A stretch of 48,253 nucleotides of DNA from Klebsiella pneumoniae (GCA_945867435.1 CAMBIK010000003.1:1-48253); one strand, 5' to 3'. Numbered from the stretch's first letter, positions 26,111 through 36,544 are shown. The notes: generated from the sequence alone by a model not told the origin. Made by a program: numbers and translations.

Positions 26111-26547
26111 ACCCGCTCTGGCCGCCAGGTCGCCCGGGCGAGGAAGTGCCGGGGGCGTCGTGCGCGTCCTGCGTGTGGCGGCGGCCGGGGAAACGCTTCG
26201 ACCGTTGCATCCGCCACGGCGGTGCGTCCGTGAAAGCGGATTGGCCGGCTTGTCCGGCGCACACCCGCGAATCCGCCCTGGACTGCCTCAGTTGCGGCGC
26301 GTGCTGCCGCGAGGCCTACCACACCGTTGAGGTGTCGCGCCGCGATCCCTTCGTGCGCCTGCACCGCGAACTGACCCACGAGCAGGATGGCCGCCTCCAT
26401 GTGCGGCGGTCGGGGCCTCGCTGCATCTGCCTGGGCGATGACTTTCGATGCGCCCACTACGACGACCGGCCCCGGACTTGCCGGGACTTCGTGCGGGGGG
26501 GGCCCAACTGCGCGGAGGCGCGTCAGCGCGTGAAGCTCACGGCTTAG
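26104..26547 (+). CDS. YkgJ (CxxCxxCC) family cysteine-cluster protein
   Basis: CLSCGACC, C..L....C..Y..RP.TCR.F; extra N-terminal CxxC...C...C module; ATG overlaps the upstream stop. Confidence 0.88.
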   Translation: MVNPLWPPGRPGEEVPGASCASCVWRRPGKRFDRCIRHGGASVKADWPACPAHTRESALDCLSCGACCREAYHTVEVSRRDPFVRLHRELTHEQDGRLHVRRSGPRCICLGDDFRCAHYDDRPRTCRDFVRGGPNCAEARQRVKLTA

Positions 26548-27640
26548 GCGGACCAGCAGGTTTGGCGATGTCTTCCTTGTTCTTCTGCCAGGTGTCGAGC
26601 ATTCGCTGTTCCTTGCGACGGGTCTTGCCGCCGAAGCGGTAGCTCAGCTCCCAGGTGCTGAGCACCCACGCGCCGGGAAGGCTGGACACGCCAGCGCCGG
26701 CTCTCGCTTCCCAGTGTTCCCAACAGAACTGCCAAGCGATGCTCGCCATGCCGGCGTCGAGGGGGGAGATGAACCCGTCCTGGTCGAGCGCGTCTTCCAG
26801 CCCGAGGAAGGTGGGAACATAGAGATCCTGGTCATGTTCCACGTCCGAGTAGATCGTGGCGGAGGCTTGGATGACGATCGCATCTCGCCGGTTGAAGCGG
26901 ATGTCTGTGGCAAACTTCACGCCGACGGACTCAACGTGCAGCAGGGAGCCCGCGTGGTCGGGGTTGCCCGTGCCGCTGTCGTCGAGAAACCAGAGCAGCT
27001 GAGGAATCGATTCCAGGTTGATGTCGCCCGCGAGCTGGGCTCGGGTGTAGCTGCCGCCAATATGAATCCCCCAGGGCGGGGCGACCTGGAAGGAGGCGAT
27101 CGTGCCGGCCGTCAGCAGCGAGGCATCGAAGTCGGTGCGGACGAGCGAGTCGTATTCCACCCACGCCGCCATATCGAACATCCCCTTGTCCGTGGCGTGG
27201 ATCTTCGCTTGCACGTTGGGAATTCCCAGCACATCCAGCGGCACGCTGGTCCCGACCTGAACGTGGGGCAGGATGCCGATGGAAAGATTGCTCACGCCGA
27301 GCTTCACTTCGCCCCACTCCAGGGTGTAGGCCGTGAAATCGACCTGACCCCGAGGGTTGGCGGGCAGGTGGTAGGGGCTCGGCTTGAAGAAGCGCAGGAG
27401 CTTTTTGCTGAGGGTGGGGATCTCCTCCGCCTCGGACAGGTCGGGTCGGGTCGGCGAGGGTTCGGCGGGCGGTGCCGAAGCGGTCGGAGCTTCCGCTGGA
27501 GGCGGAGCTACGGGGGGAACTTCCGCCGGAATCGACTCGGCCGGCGGCAGGGCTGGCGGCGCATTCTCCTCAGGAGGCGGTGCCGGGAGCGTGTCGTCGG
27601 CAAAGGCGCTGGAGGGGATCAGGAGGAGGAGGGTGAGCAT
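26537..27640 (-). CDS. Hypothetical exported or outer-membrane protein with a Pro-rich N-terminus
   Basis: GGAG RBS; AFA signal; alternating beta strands with aromatic ends (WELSYRFGG). Confidence 0.78.
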   Translation of the reverse strand: MLTLLLLIPSSAFADDTLPAPPPEENAPPALPPAESIPAEVPPVAPPPAEAPTASAPPAEPSPTRPDLSEAEEIPTLSKKLLRFFKPSPYHLPANPRGQVDFTAYTLEWGEVKLGVSNLSIGILPHVQVGTSVPLDVLGIPNVQAKIHATDKGMFDMAAWVEYDSLVRTDFDASLLTAGTIASFQVAPPWGIHIGGSYTRAQLAGDINLESIPQLLWFLDDSGTGNPDHAGSLLHVESVGVKFATDIRFNRRDAIVIQASATIYSDVEHDQDLYVPTFLGLEDALDQDGFISPLDAGMASIAWQFCWEHWEARAGAGVSSLPGAWVLSTWELSYRFGGKTRRKEQRMLDTWQKNKEDIAKPAGPPKP

Positions 27641-27724
27641 TCGCTCTCCGTGGGCAGGAAGGCCTTCGCGATGTGGATGGACGCGTAGGATACCTCGCCG
27701 CCGAGGTGCTCGGTTCCGATACGT

Positions 27725-29605
27725 CTACCCATGGGTCGGTCGGAGGTTTCGCCCCGCATCGAGGCGTAGGCCGCGCGCCTCACTGGATGTGGCGATGGCG
27801 GCGAGGAAGCGCTCGCCAAGCTGTTCCAGCTTGACCGCGCCCACCCCCTTGATCGTGGCCAGCGCGGACAGCGACCCGGGGCGCAACCGGGCCATCTCCA
27901 ACAGCGGCGCATCGCCGAAGATGACATAGGGCGGCACGCCCCGCTCGCTCGCCAGGAGGCGGCGAAGGGCGCGGAGATCGTCGAAGATGGACTGCTCGTC
28001 GGTCGCCAAGGCGACCCCCTGGGCGCGCTTCCGCTTGCGGTCCGTGGCCACCAGGACTTCGGAGGGGCGCACGCGCAGCAGGCGAACTTCCTGCGTGCCT
28101 TTCAGGATGGGTCCCGCCGCCTCGGTCAGCCGCAGCACGGGAAACTCGCCCACCTCGCGCTCCAAGGCACCCCGATCTACCAGCTGGTCGATGAGGGACA
28201 CCAACGTGTCCTTGTCGACCTCCTTGAGCAGCCCCCAGGTGGAGAGTCGGTCGTGCCCGCGTTCCAGGACCCGGGCCTGGGTCGATCCTCGGAGTACGTC
28301 AGCGACGTAGGCGGCGCCGTAGGGGTCGCGAAGGCGCGCCACGCAGGACAGGATCTTTCGGGCGACCGTCGTGGAGTCGGGAAACAGCTCCAGTTCGGCG
28401 TTGCACACGTCGCAGCCGCCGCAATCCCCCTGGAGGGTCTGCCCGAAGTAGGCGGAGAGCGCCTGGTGGCGGCAGCGCGCGCCCGCCGCAAATCGTTGCA
28501 TTTGGGTGAGCAGGTCGCGCTGGGCCCGAACGATAGCTGGCGGCACTTCTGCCTCGGCCGCCGATCGCTCCATGATCTGCGCCCACTTCACCGCATCCGA
28601 CGAGGCGTACAAGAGCACACATTCGGCCGGCAACCCATCCCGCCCGGCGCGGCCCGTTTCCTGCTGGTAGGCCTCGACCGACTTGGGCATCGAGGCGTGG
28701 ATCACCGCGCGCACATCGCCGCGATCGATGCCCATTCCGAACGCCACGGTGGCCACGACCACATCCAGTCGTTCGCCCAGAAAATCATCCTGCACCTGGG
28801 ACCGCGTGTGGGCGTCGAGCCCCGCGTGGTAGGCCGCCGCTGAAAACTTGCGGGAAACCAGGTGATCCGCCAGCGATTCGGTCTGCTTGCGAGAGATGCA
28901 GTACACGATGGCGGCCTCGCCTGGGTGCCGGCGCAGGGCCGCCTCCACTTGATCCTCGCCGTTTCCGACCCGTGGGATCACCCGGTAGGTCAGGTTAGGG
29001 CGGTCGAAGACGCCGACCAGGATTGCGGGATCCCGCATCCCGAGCTGGGTGGCAATGTCTTCGCGCACCCGCGGCGTGGCGGTCGCCGTGTAGGCGTGAA
29101 CCGGCACGCCGGCGAGGGCGGTGCGCACTTCGGCGAGCCGCCGGTACTCGGGGCGGAAGTCGTGGCCCCATTGGCTGATGCAGTGCGCTTCGTCGATCGC
29201 CAGGGCCGCAACGGGACGCTCCGCGAGCCAGGCCAGGAACCCTTCGCTCAGGAGGCGTTCGGGGGATACATACAGGAGCTTCACTTCGCCGCGGTCGATG
29301 TCCCGCCGCACCTTCGCGGCGGTGGCCGCGGGCACGGCACCGTGCAGCGCCGCCGCGGGGTACCCGGCCAGGACCAGCCCATCCACCTGGTCCTTCATCA
29401 GCGCGATGAGCGGTGAAACGACCACGGTGAACGTCGCTTCTCCTGGAGCACGAAGCAGCGGGGGAAGCTGGTAGCACAGCGACTTTCCGCCGCCGGTCGG
29501 CAGCACCACGAGCGAGTCGCGCCCGGCCAGGGCGCACTCCACCGCTTCGGACTGCAACGGCCTTAGTGTGTCAAAGCCCCAGTAGCGGGTGAGCGTTTCT
29601 CGCAC
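27725..29605 (-). CDS. recQ: ATP-dependent DNA helicase RecQ
   Basis: PTGGGKSLCYQ, DEAHCISQWGHDFRPEY, TATAT, QETGRAGRDG, Zn-binding RQC and HRDC (VPPYVIF). Confidence 0.97.
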   Translation of the reverse strand: MRETLTRYWGFDTLRPLQSEAVECALAGRDSLVVLPTGGGKSLCYQLPPLLRAPGEATFTVVVSPLIALMKDQVDGLVLAGYPAAALHGAVPAATAAKVRRDIDRGEVKLLYVSPERLLSEGFLAWLAERPVAALAIDEAHCISQWGHDFRPEYRRLAEVRTALAGVPVHAYTATATPRVREDIATQLGMRDPAILVGVFDRPNLTYRVIPRVGNGEDQVEAALRRHPGEAAIVYCISRKQTESLADHLVSRKFSAAAYHAGLDAHTRSQVQDDFLGERLDVVVATVAFGMGIDRGDVRAVIHASMPKSVEAYQQETGRAGRDGLPAECVLLYASSDAVKWAQIMERSAAEAEVPPAIVRAQRDLLTQMQRFAAGARCRHQALSAYFGQTLQGDCGGCDVCNAELELFPDSTTVARKILSCVARLRDPYGAAYVADVLRGSTQARVLERGHDRLSTWGLLKEVDKDTLVSLIDQLVDRGALEREVGEFPVLRLTEAAGPILKGTQEVRLLRVRPSEVLVATDRKRKRAQGVALATDEQSIFDDLRALRRLLASERGVPPYVIFGDAPLLEMARLRPGSLSALATIKGVGAVKLEQLGERFLAAIATSSEARGLRLDAGRNLRPTHG

Positions 29606-29672
29606 GGCGCGGTCCTAACGCAGCGAACTCCGTTCCAGCGTTCTGCGCTCACGCTGACTACACTAAGTGGGC

Positions 29673-31031
29673 ATGACCCACATCCTGCTTGCGTGCGACA
29701 CCGCCCCGGCCGAGCACGACTCGGTCGACTCGGTCGACTCGGCCGATACGGCGGTCGTGGAGGACCTGGTTTTGGTGCCCCAGATCACCCACGGGGACAC
29801 TCCGGTGCAACGCGTGCGCTGGTCCACGCCGGAACCCACGACAGGGCGGGTGGAGTACGGCGTGGATGGGCTCGACCGCGTGGCGGAAGACGATGTTGTC
29901 GGCACGGAACACGACGTAATCGTGGCTGGGATCGCGGCCGGGTACGGATGGCAACTGCGCGTGGTGTCGGAAGCGGGGGGAACGCGGTGGGAAAGTGACC
30001 TGGTGAACATCGAGGCCGTGTCGGCCCCGATCGCGATGCCGCTCCCCATCCTGGCCGTGCCGCCCGCGGAAGGCGTGGAAGGCTTCGAGTTGATGCCCCT
30101 GCCTGCGAAAGAGGGGGCGTACATCGCGATGCTCAATCGTTTAGGAGAGGCCGTGTGGTGGAGCGCGCCCTCTCCGCAGTTCGTTTATCGGGCACGGTAC
30201 GACAGCGTAAATCACACGGTGACGTGGGTGGCGGCCAGTCAATCCACGGGAGAACAGACGTTCATCACCAGCACCCTCGATGGCGAGGAGACTCGGGTCG
30301 CCGCCCCGATCTCCTCCCACGCCGACTTCACGTTGCTGCCGGATGGCGGCTTCCTGGTCCTTGCGCTGGAAGACCGCGATGTGGACGGGCAGCGCGTGCG
30401 TGGGGAGACCCTTCAGGAGGTCTCTCCCGACGGTACGACCCGCCAGATCTGGAACTCCTGGGATCAGTTCAGTTGGTCGGGGGGCGGGCATGTGGTGGAG
30501 GGGAAATGGATCGAATGGCCGCACGCCAACTCAATCTCCTACGACTCCGATAGTCGCAAGGTGTTCGTTTCCCTGTTTTACCTGGATGCGGTCGCGCAGA
30601 TCGACCGCGACACGGGCGCCTTGGACTGGTTGCTCGGTGGCGAGTTTTCAGACTGGACCGTGCTCGGAGATGGCTTTGCCGGCCAGCATGCGCCCGAGGT
30701 TCACGAGGCCGGGCGGCTGCTTGCCCTGATGAACAACGGTGCGCCGGGCACGCCGGTGGAAGCAGCCATCGCGATGGCCTACGACCTCGACCCGGACACG
30801 CTGATCGCGACCCCGCGCTGGCAGTTCGATGACGCCGCCAGCCACCTCGGCGTTATCCTCGGCAACGTGTCGTGGATCGGTCCCGACGACGCCGTGGTGA
30901 ACTGGGGTTCGTCCGGCGTGCTCCAGCGCGTGAACGCCGCGGGGGAGGTGCGCTGGGAGGTGGATTTCGGAATTGGCGAGTTCGCCCAGTTCAGCGACCA
31001 CGTCGCCAGCATGGCGGGGGCCGTGCGCTAG
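29673..31031 (+). CDS. Aryl-sulfate sulfotransferase (ASST)-like beta-propeller lipoprotein
   Basis: MTHILLA-C; HANS..YD, ID..TG...W.LGG, QH and NNG motifs; N-terminal Fn3-like domain. Confidence 0.8.
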   Translation: MTHILLACDTAPAEHDSVDSVDSADTAVVEDLVLVPQITHGDTPVQRVRWSTPEPTTGRVEYGVDGLDRVAEDDVVGTEHDVIVAGIAAGYGWQLRVVSEAGGTRWESDLVNIEAVSAPIAMPLPILAVPPAEGVEGFELMPLPAKEGAYIAMLNRLGEAVWWSAPSPQFVYRARYDSVNHTVTWVAASQSTGEQTFITSTLDGEETRVAAPISSHADFTLLPDGGFLVLALEDRDVDGQRVRGETLQEVSPDGTTRQIWNSWDQFSWSGGGHVVEGKWIEWPHANSISYDSDSRKVFVSLFYLDAVAQIDRDTGALDWLLGGEFSDWTVLGDGFAGQHAPEVHEAGRLLALMNNGAPGTPVEAAIAMAYDLDPDTLIATPRWQFDDAASHLGVILGNVSWIGPDDAVVNWGSSGVLQRVNAAGEVRWEVDFGIGEFAQFSDHVASMAGAVR

Positions 31032-31444
31032 GGTTTAGGGCTGTCTGGGGCGACCGGGGCGACCGGCTCGCCAGCGACTGGAGCGACGGGCGTCGGCGCA
31101 GGCGGCGCGGCTACCTTCGCCGCCGGGGATGACTTCCGAGCTGCGGGTCGTGTGAGCGCAACACCTGCGACGATGACCAGCGTGAGCGCAGCAATGGCCC
31201 CAACGGCCTTGGCCCTGGGAGGGACCCTGAACCAATCCTTCACCTTCACCCAGTACATCTTCAAGGTGAACATGCCGGCCAAGAGGCCCGCAACTGCGGC
31301 CTGCAAAAGGAGGCCACCCGACGCGGGATCGAGGTAGGCGTGGGCGGGCTGAGCGAACGACAGCCCGAGGATCACCACGAGGGCGCGGGGCGAGAGGCAG
31401 GCCGATGCGGCCCGTGTGCAGAATGCAGTCCCAAACCTTGGCAT
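31028..31444 (-). CDS. Small membrane protein of the AYLDP(G/A)xG family
   Basis: AAAGGAG RBS and ATG 31444; AHA-YLDPASGGLLLQ...KMYW..VK..F; extra TM helix and Pro/Ala tail. Confidence 0.8.
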   Translation of the reverse strand: MPRFGTAFCTRAASACLSPRALVVILGLSFAQPAHAYLDPASGGLLLQAAVAGLLAGMFTLKMYWVKVKDWFRVPPRAKAVGAIAALTLVIVAGVALTRPAARKSSPAAKVAAPPAPTPVAPVAGEPVAPVAPDSPKP

Positions 31445-31504
31445 CGCCGCTCCTTTCCGGGGAGGCGTATACTTCACGGCCCGGGTCTCTGCAAACGCTC
31501 CTGC

Positions 31505-32887
31505 TCAGCGAGCGCGCAGCCGGTACAACGTGCGGCAGGTGCCTGGGATCTCTACGGCCTCCTCCACGGTGAAGTGCCGGGCGCAGGCCGCCTCGAAGCC
31601 GGGGCGATCGTAGGTTGGAAAAATGTCCTCGCGGGTGGAGAGCAGCTTCCGCACCTGCGAATCTTCCTTGGGCACGAACTCCAGGATGATCCCCCTTCCC
31701 AGCCCGGCAAGAAACGCCGCCACCCGGTCCATCGGTACGTTGTTCGAGATCGCCAGGTGGTGGATGAGGCCGAGCGCCATCACCACATCTACCGGCCCGC
31801 GTTCCGCGATCGACATGCGTTCACTTCCCCCCCACCCGATGCCCCCGCTGGGGTTGGTGAGGTCTTGCAGGAGCGGAAGTACATTGGTTTCCTTGCCGCG
31901 TACCACAGCCCTCCAGTTGGCTTCCACGCAGGCGGGATCGATGTCCCAGGCCACCACCTTCGCGCCACGGGAGGCGGCGAGGCGGCTCATTCGGCCGGTG
32001 TTGGCGCCGAGGTCCCACACCGTCTTGGGGGCGAGGTGGTCGAGCATCGCCCCGACAGCCTGCTCTTTTTCCCGTAGGCCCTCCTCGCCATAGTTGTTGT
32101 TGCGTTCATAGTAGTCGGCCCATTCCGTGCCCGCTGGCCGCCAGTCCAGCGACTCAACGGTGGAGCGCAGGCTGTCCAGCGTTCCCAGAAACGCCGTCTT
32201 GGAGAAAACGGCGCTCTTTGCGGCGGGAGCCGAGAGGGCGGCTGAGTTCCCTGCGTGGCGCGTCTTGGAGGAGGCGTGGGCGTGCACATGGAGCCCAAGT
32301 CCGAAGGAAAAGCGGGTCGACCACGGGAGCAGCGCGGCGGCGAGGTCGAGCGGCACCCCATCGATATGCACGCGGCTCAACTGGGAGAGCCGGATGTCCG
32401 TGCGGGCCATCAGCGCGAGCGGGGCGAGGAAGTGCTGGCAGAATTGGCCATACGCCACCCAGGGGCGGCCTTCCTCCAGGCGTTCGAACGACAAGGTGTC
32501 GATGTGAACGGCACGGCCATCCAAGAACTGAATGTTGTAGGCAGAAGCATCCTTCAGCGACATCCCACGTTCGATCGCCGCTACCTGAATGGCGAGGGTG
32601 GCCAAAGCGGCGTCCTTGAGCTGGGAGAAGCACCACTCGTAGGGGTAGCTGATCGTGTCGATCTGGTGCGGCTTCAGGACCTTCCACGCACCTTCGCGTG
32701 GCGCGACTTCCGCGTGCGGAATGAGGCGGCCCGCGGCCACGAGCTCGTCGTACAGGCCGCTCCCGACCAGGGCCTCGAAGTCGGGGCGATACTTCTCGTT
32801 CACTTGCCGAAACCACACGCCGCCTTCCTGGAACATGAAGCCGCTGGGGTCGCGAAAGGAGGAGGAGGCGGGGGTCGCGAGTGGCAT
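31505..32887 (-). CDS. NoeA-like kinase-fold + SAM-dependent methyltransferase
   Basis: [56 protein letters not shown]. Confidence 0.88.
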   Translation of the reverse strand: MPLATPASSSFRDPSGFMFQEGGVWFRQVNEKYRPDFEALVGSGLYDELVAAGRLIPHAEVAPREGAWKVLKPHQIDTISYPYEWCFSQLKDAALATLAIQVAAIERGMSLKDASAYNIQFLDGRAVHIDTLSFERLEEGRPWVAYGQFCQHFLAPLALMARTDIRLSQLSRVHIDGVPLDLAAALLPWSTRFSFGLGLHVHAHASSKTRHAGNSAALSAPAAKSAVFSKTAFLGTLDSLRSTVESLDWRPAGTEWADYYERNNNYGEEGLREKEQAVGAMLDHLAPKTVWDLGANTGRMSRLAASRGAKVVAWDIDPACVEANWRAVVRGKETNVLPLLQDLTNPSGGIGWGGSERMSIAERGPVDVVMALGLIHHLAISNNVPMDRVAAFLAGLGRGIILEFVPKEDSQVRKLLSTREDIFPTYDRPGFEAACARHFTVEEAVEIPGTCRTLYRLRAR

Positions 32888-33006
32888 CGGGGCTCCGGGG
32901 AAGGGGGGGCCGCGTATCGCGTCTGGCGAGTGACCAGGAACCAACAGGGCTGCGCCCGCGTACGTGTCTTCCACGTCGGCTATACTGCCCGGCCCCCGGA
33001 GAAACG

Positions 33007-33984
33007 ATGCCTCGACCCGACGATGCCACGCTGCGCCGCACGCTGACCGCCATGCAGTACCAAGTCACCCAGGCCGATGCCACGGAACCGCCGTTCCGGA
33101 ACGCCTTCTGGGACCACCACGAGGCGGGAGACTACGTGTGCATCGTGAGCGGAGATCTGCTCTTCAGGTCGGAGGACAAGTTCGACTCAGGCACAGGATG
33201 GCCAAGCTTTACCCAGCCGATTCGCGCTGAAGCCGTGACCATGAAGGCGGATGGGTCCGGGGGGCGGCAGCGCGTGGAGGTGCGCTCCGCGGAGGGGGAT
33301 TCGCACCTCGGTCATGTTTTCCGCGACGGCCCCGCGCCGACCGGGATGCGGTACTGCATCAACTCAGCCTCGCTGCGCTTCGTTCCGCGAGCAGGCGCGG
33401 CGACAGCGGACTTGGCAGCCTTTGCCGCCACCTCCTGCGCCATCTCGGCTCCCGCGGTTGGCTGCGCCACCACCCTGGAGACCGCCATCCTCGCCGGGGG
33501 CTGCTTCTGGGGCATGGAGGAGCTGCTTCGGGCCGTACCCGGGGTGTTGGAAACGGAGGTCGGGTACACCGGCGGCGCCCTGGCGAACCCCGACTACACG
33601 GCCGTTCGCACGGGCCGCACCGGCCACGCCGAAGCCCTTCGCGTGACGTTCGACCCTGCGGTGCTGCCGTTCACCGAGCTGCTCCGTTCGTGGTTCTTCC
33701 TCATGCACGACCCGACCACGACCAACCGCCAGGGGAACGACATCGGCACCCAATATCGCTCGGCCATCTTCTTCACGACGGATGAGCAGAGGATTACCGC
33801 CGAATCGGTGAAGGCGCAGGTCGGGGCGTCGGGACAGTGGCACGCCCCCATCGTGACCGAGATCGTCGCGGCCGGCGACTTCACCCGCGCCGAGGACTAC
33901 CACCAGCGCTACCTCGAAGAGAATCCGGGTGGATACACCTGCCACTTCATGCGGAGGCCCAAGCCCGCAGGTGGTCGGGGCTGA
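33007..33984 (+). CDS. msrAB: Bifunctional methionine sulfoxide reductase, MsrB-MsrA order
   Basis: [32 protein letters not shown] (MsrB); GGCFWG, GHAE, HDPT..NRQGND.G.QYRS, AE.YHQ.Y, GYTC (MsrA); GGAG RBS; TATACT at 32981. Confidence 0.96.
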   Translation: MPRPDDATLRRTLTAMQYQVTQADATEPPFRNAFWDHHEAGDYVCIVSGDLLFRSEDKFDSGTGWPSFTQPIRAEAVTMKADGSGGRQRVEVRSAEGDSHLGHVFRDGPAPTGMRYCINSASLRFVPRAGAATADLAAFAATSCAISAPAVGCATTLETAILAGGCFWGMEELLRAVPGVLETEVGYTGGALANPDYTAVRTGRTGHAEALRVTFDPAVLPFTELLRSWFFLMHDPTTTNRQGNDIGTQYRSAIFFTTDEQRITAESVKAQVGASGQWHAPIVTEIVAAGDFTRAEDYHQRYLEENPGGYTCHFMRRPKPAGGRG

Positions 33985-33987
33985 CCG

Positions 33988-34404
33988 ATGCTCCTGCTCA
34001 TCCTCGCCTGCTCGGACCGCGGAACAAGCCCTCCGCCCCCGGTGCCCGCCGCGCCCGTGGGGATGGATGGACTCGGCGGCGGCACCACCACCATGGGCAT
34101 TCCCATCCCCCCCCGGGCACCGCCGCCTCCTCGGAAAAGCGAGGTCTGCCCTGAATGGGCGGATGGCGTCGTGGTGCCATCCGCTCTCTCCATCGTCGAG
34201 TGTACGGCCGGTCGGGTGGCCATGACCGGGCTCGCAGACGTGGTGGCGGCGTGCGGGGAGGTCCACGCGGAACTAGTTCGGGCGGGTTGGGAGCAGCGTG
34301 CCGCCGGCGTGTTCAGGTACGAACTCACCCGCGGCTCCCGCAAGGCCGAGCTGTTTTGTGCCGAGACCCCGGCTGGAATCGTCGTTACTCTCGCCGCGGA
34401 GTAG
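33988..34404 (+). CDS. Hypothetical lipoprotein
   Basis: MLLLILA-C; Pro-rich linker; four further Cys; 3 nt after the msr stop. Confidence 0.72.
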   Translation: MLLLILACSDRGTSPPPPVPAAPVGMDGLGGGTTTMGIPIPPRAPPPPRKSEVCPEWADGVVVPSALSIVECTAGRVAMTGLADVVAACGEVHAELVRAGWEQRAAGVFRYELTRGSRKAELFCAETPAGIVVTLAAE

Positions 34405-34639
34405 CGCGAGCGATCCCCGAGACCGCTTCCTCCCCGTTTCTCCTGACGCCCCACGACCGTAAGCGCAGGGATGAAGCGAAAGCCAATCGCCCCACGCCCG
34501 CCCCCCGAGTACGCGTTCGCCCTCACGACTGAACCGGCTCGCGGTGCAGGCCATGTGGTGGATGCCACGCGCACCTGTGGCGCGGCCCTGATGTGGGCGG
34601 GCGAAGTGGAGACGCTTCTGCCTGTGCCTCTTTCCGACC

Positions 34640-36544
34640 CTACGGCCCCAGCTCTCCCACCCCCAGCCACCGCAGCGCGCTGACTGCCCAGGCGGGATCT
34701 CCCCCCCACGGCCTGGACCGGGGAGCCGAAACCGTGACGTACACCCAGTTTTCGGTACGCAGGTGCAGTCTGGCGTGCCCGGAAGAGTCCAGGGCAAAGG
34801 TGAAGTCGCCCAGGTTGGTGTGCGCCGTGGCCACGAGCGTGCCCATCCATCCCGGCGCGGAGGCCTCGACCGCGAGGGTCTCGTAGCGCTGGCCGGGGGG
34901 CGTGTGCAGCCACGCCACATCCACTCGCGGCCCGTTGCCAGCGCTTGCCAGGCGCGTGTTCAGGGCTCGCTCGGTGGCCGCGGCGTTGGGTGCTCCCACG
35001 AACGGCAGCCAGGTTCGCGCCGCAACGGGTTGGGCGTCGATCCAGGCGTTGGCCAGGGCTTCGAGGGCCGGCAGATCGGCCATCGAGTCTAGCCACAGCG
35101 CATCGGGGCGTACCGGCCAATCCCACGGTTGCGGTGCATCCGAAAAGCCAGCCTCGACCCAGGATGTATCCACGACCGTGAAGCGGCCGGCGCCGAGCCC
35201 CCCCCGCACCAGCGTGAGCCGGTCGAGGGCCCCGAAGCCCGCCCAATCGAGGGCGCCGTGTGCCGCGCGCCGTGTCGTGGAAACCGCACCCCAGGCCCAC
35301 ACATCGAGCGAGCGGGTGGCGCTGGTCACGAGCACGTTGTCGTGCGCGGCGCGGTCCACGACCGGCACCTCGTCATCCGCGACCAGGGTGGCCCACCCCA
35401 CCCCCTCGCCGCGAAGGGCGTGGATTGCGGTGGCCGCCAGGGTGCCCTGGTTCGCGTCGGGGGCCGCTTCCACAGCGAAGTCGGCCAGCAGCCCCCCCCC
35501 GATGGGCCACGGCGATCCCGCCCATTCCACCTCTGCGGCCATCGCAAGGGGCAGCACCACCTCGGCGTGGTCTTCGCCGCCCGTGAACCAGCCGCGCCAC
35601 GCCGCGTAGCGCGGCCCCGCCCACACCCAGACCTCGCCGGGCTGAACTCCCAACGGGGCGCGCCCCCCCCCCGCCCCCAGCGGCACATCGAGCGCGCCGA
35701 GGTGGACCGTGGCCGCGAGGTCTGCCCCGTGATCGTCGCGAACTCGGACCGTGAGGCCACCGCAGCCTAGCTTCGCCAGGCCTTCGTAGATGCAGCCCTC
35801 GCGAGCGCCCGTGAGCACGGTCCCCACCACTGCTACGCCCACTGCGCGGCCGTCGATGACCGGCACGCGGTCCACGACGCGCCCCGCCAGGGACACCTCC
35901 AGCATGTCGGCATCGAGGGTCACGTCGAAGGCTTCTCCGTCGGCCCAGAGGTCGCCCGGCGAAAGGGCGACACCGGAGAACGCGGCGAGAGGCACCTGTC
36001 CCCACCCATCGGCCTCCGGCGGCGGCACCTCGGCCACCTCCACCCCGAAGAAGGCACCCTCGCTGCGGGCCACGGGGCCCACATGGTCGGCCGCGGGCAG
36101 AGGCACCCAAGTGCCTGCGAGCAAGGTGCCATCGGGGTCTTCGATGCTAAGGCGCAACGTATCGGCCTCCAGCCGGTACACGACGCCGGGCAGGCGCAGC
36201 TCTGCGAAGCCTTCGCCTTGTTCGGCGACCACGGTGCCTCGGTCCCCGTGGGGCATCAACTCCATCAGCAGGTCCGCGCCGCCCACTTCGGCTGCGTCGA
36301 TGAGCGTTCCTCCTTCCTCTCCAAGCTGCGTGAGGGAGGCGTAGGTGTCCCGCACGACGAAGCGGGCTTGGGCGTTCTCGATCAGCCAGTCGTCCACGCG
36401 CCCCTCGCCGCCGCCGACCCGCTCCTCGTCGCACGCGATCCTTCGGGATCGAACCTCGCCTGCGGCCAATTCCCGCGGATCGCAGGCCTCGGCGAGCGCG
36501 CCAGGATCCGCCGCGCAGCTGATCCACAAGGCCAGGGCGAGCAC
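34640..36544 (-). CDS. Lipoprotein resembling CehA/McbA-type PHP metallohydrolases, with degenerate ligands
   Basis: GTG directly after the ATPase TAG; G...D..IEN...RFVV...GG.LIDA N-domain; PHP-like LADFAVEA...EGV.W....DD. Confidence 0.7.
   Translation of the reverse strand: MLALALWISCAADPGALAEACDPRELAAGEVRSRRIACDEERVGGGEGRVDDWLIENAQARFVVRDTYASLTQLGEEGGTLIDAAEVGGADLLMELMPHGDRGTVVAEQGEGFAELRLPGVVYRLEADTLRLSIEDPDGTLLAGTWVPLPAADHVGPVARSEGAFFGVEVAEVPPPEADGWGQVPLAAFSGVALSPGDLWADGEAFDVTLDADMLEVSLAGRVVDRVPVIDGRAVGVAVVGTVLTGAREGCIYEGLAKLGCGGLTVRVRDDHGADLAATVHLGALDVPLGAGGGRAPLGVQPGEVWVWAGPRYAAWRGWFTGGEDHAEVVLPLAMAAEVEWAGSPWPIGGGLLADFAVEAAPDANQGTLAATAIHALRGEGVGWATLVADDEVPVVDRAAHDNVLVTSATRSLDVWAWGAVSTTRRAAHGALDWAGFGALDRLTLVRGGLGAGRFTVVDTSWVEAGFSDAPQPWDWPVRPDALWLDSMADLPALEALANAWIDAQPVAARTWLPFVGAPNAAATERALNTRLASAGNGPRVDVAWLHTPPGQRYETLAVEASAPGWMGTLVATAHTNLGDFTFALDSSGHARLHLRTENWVYVTVSAPRSRPWGGDPAWAVSALRWLGVGELGP

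Noticed and set aside
33982-33990. msr TGA in frame with the next ORF
   Set aside because: MsrA is complete, the next ORF has its own ATG and signal peptide, and no SECIS is present.
34405-34683. 235-nt gap with a 70-aa ORF (34471-34683)
   Set aside because: It overlaps the convergent gene, has no recognisable motif and shows only weak GC pairings.
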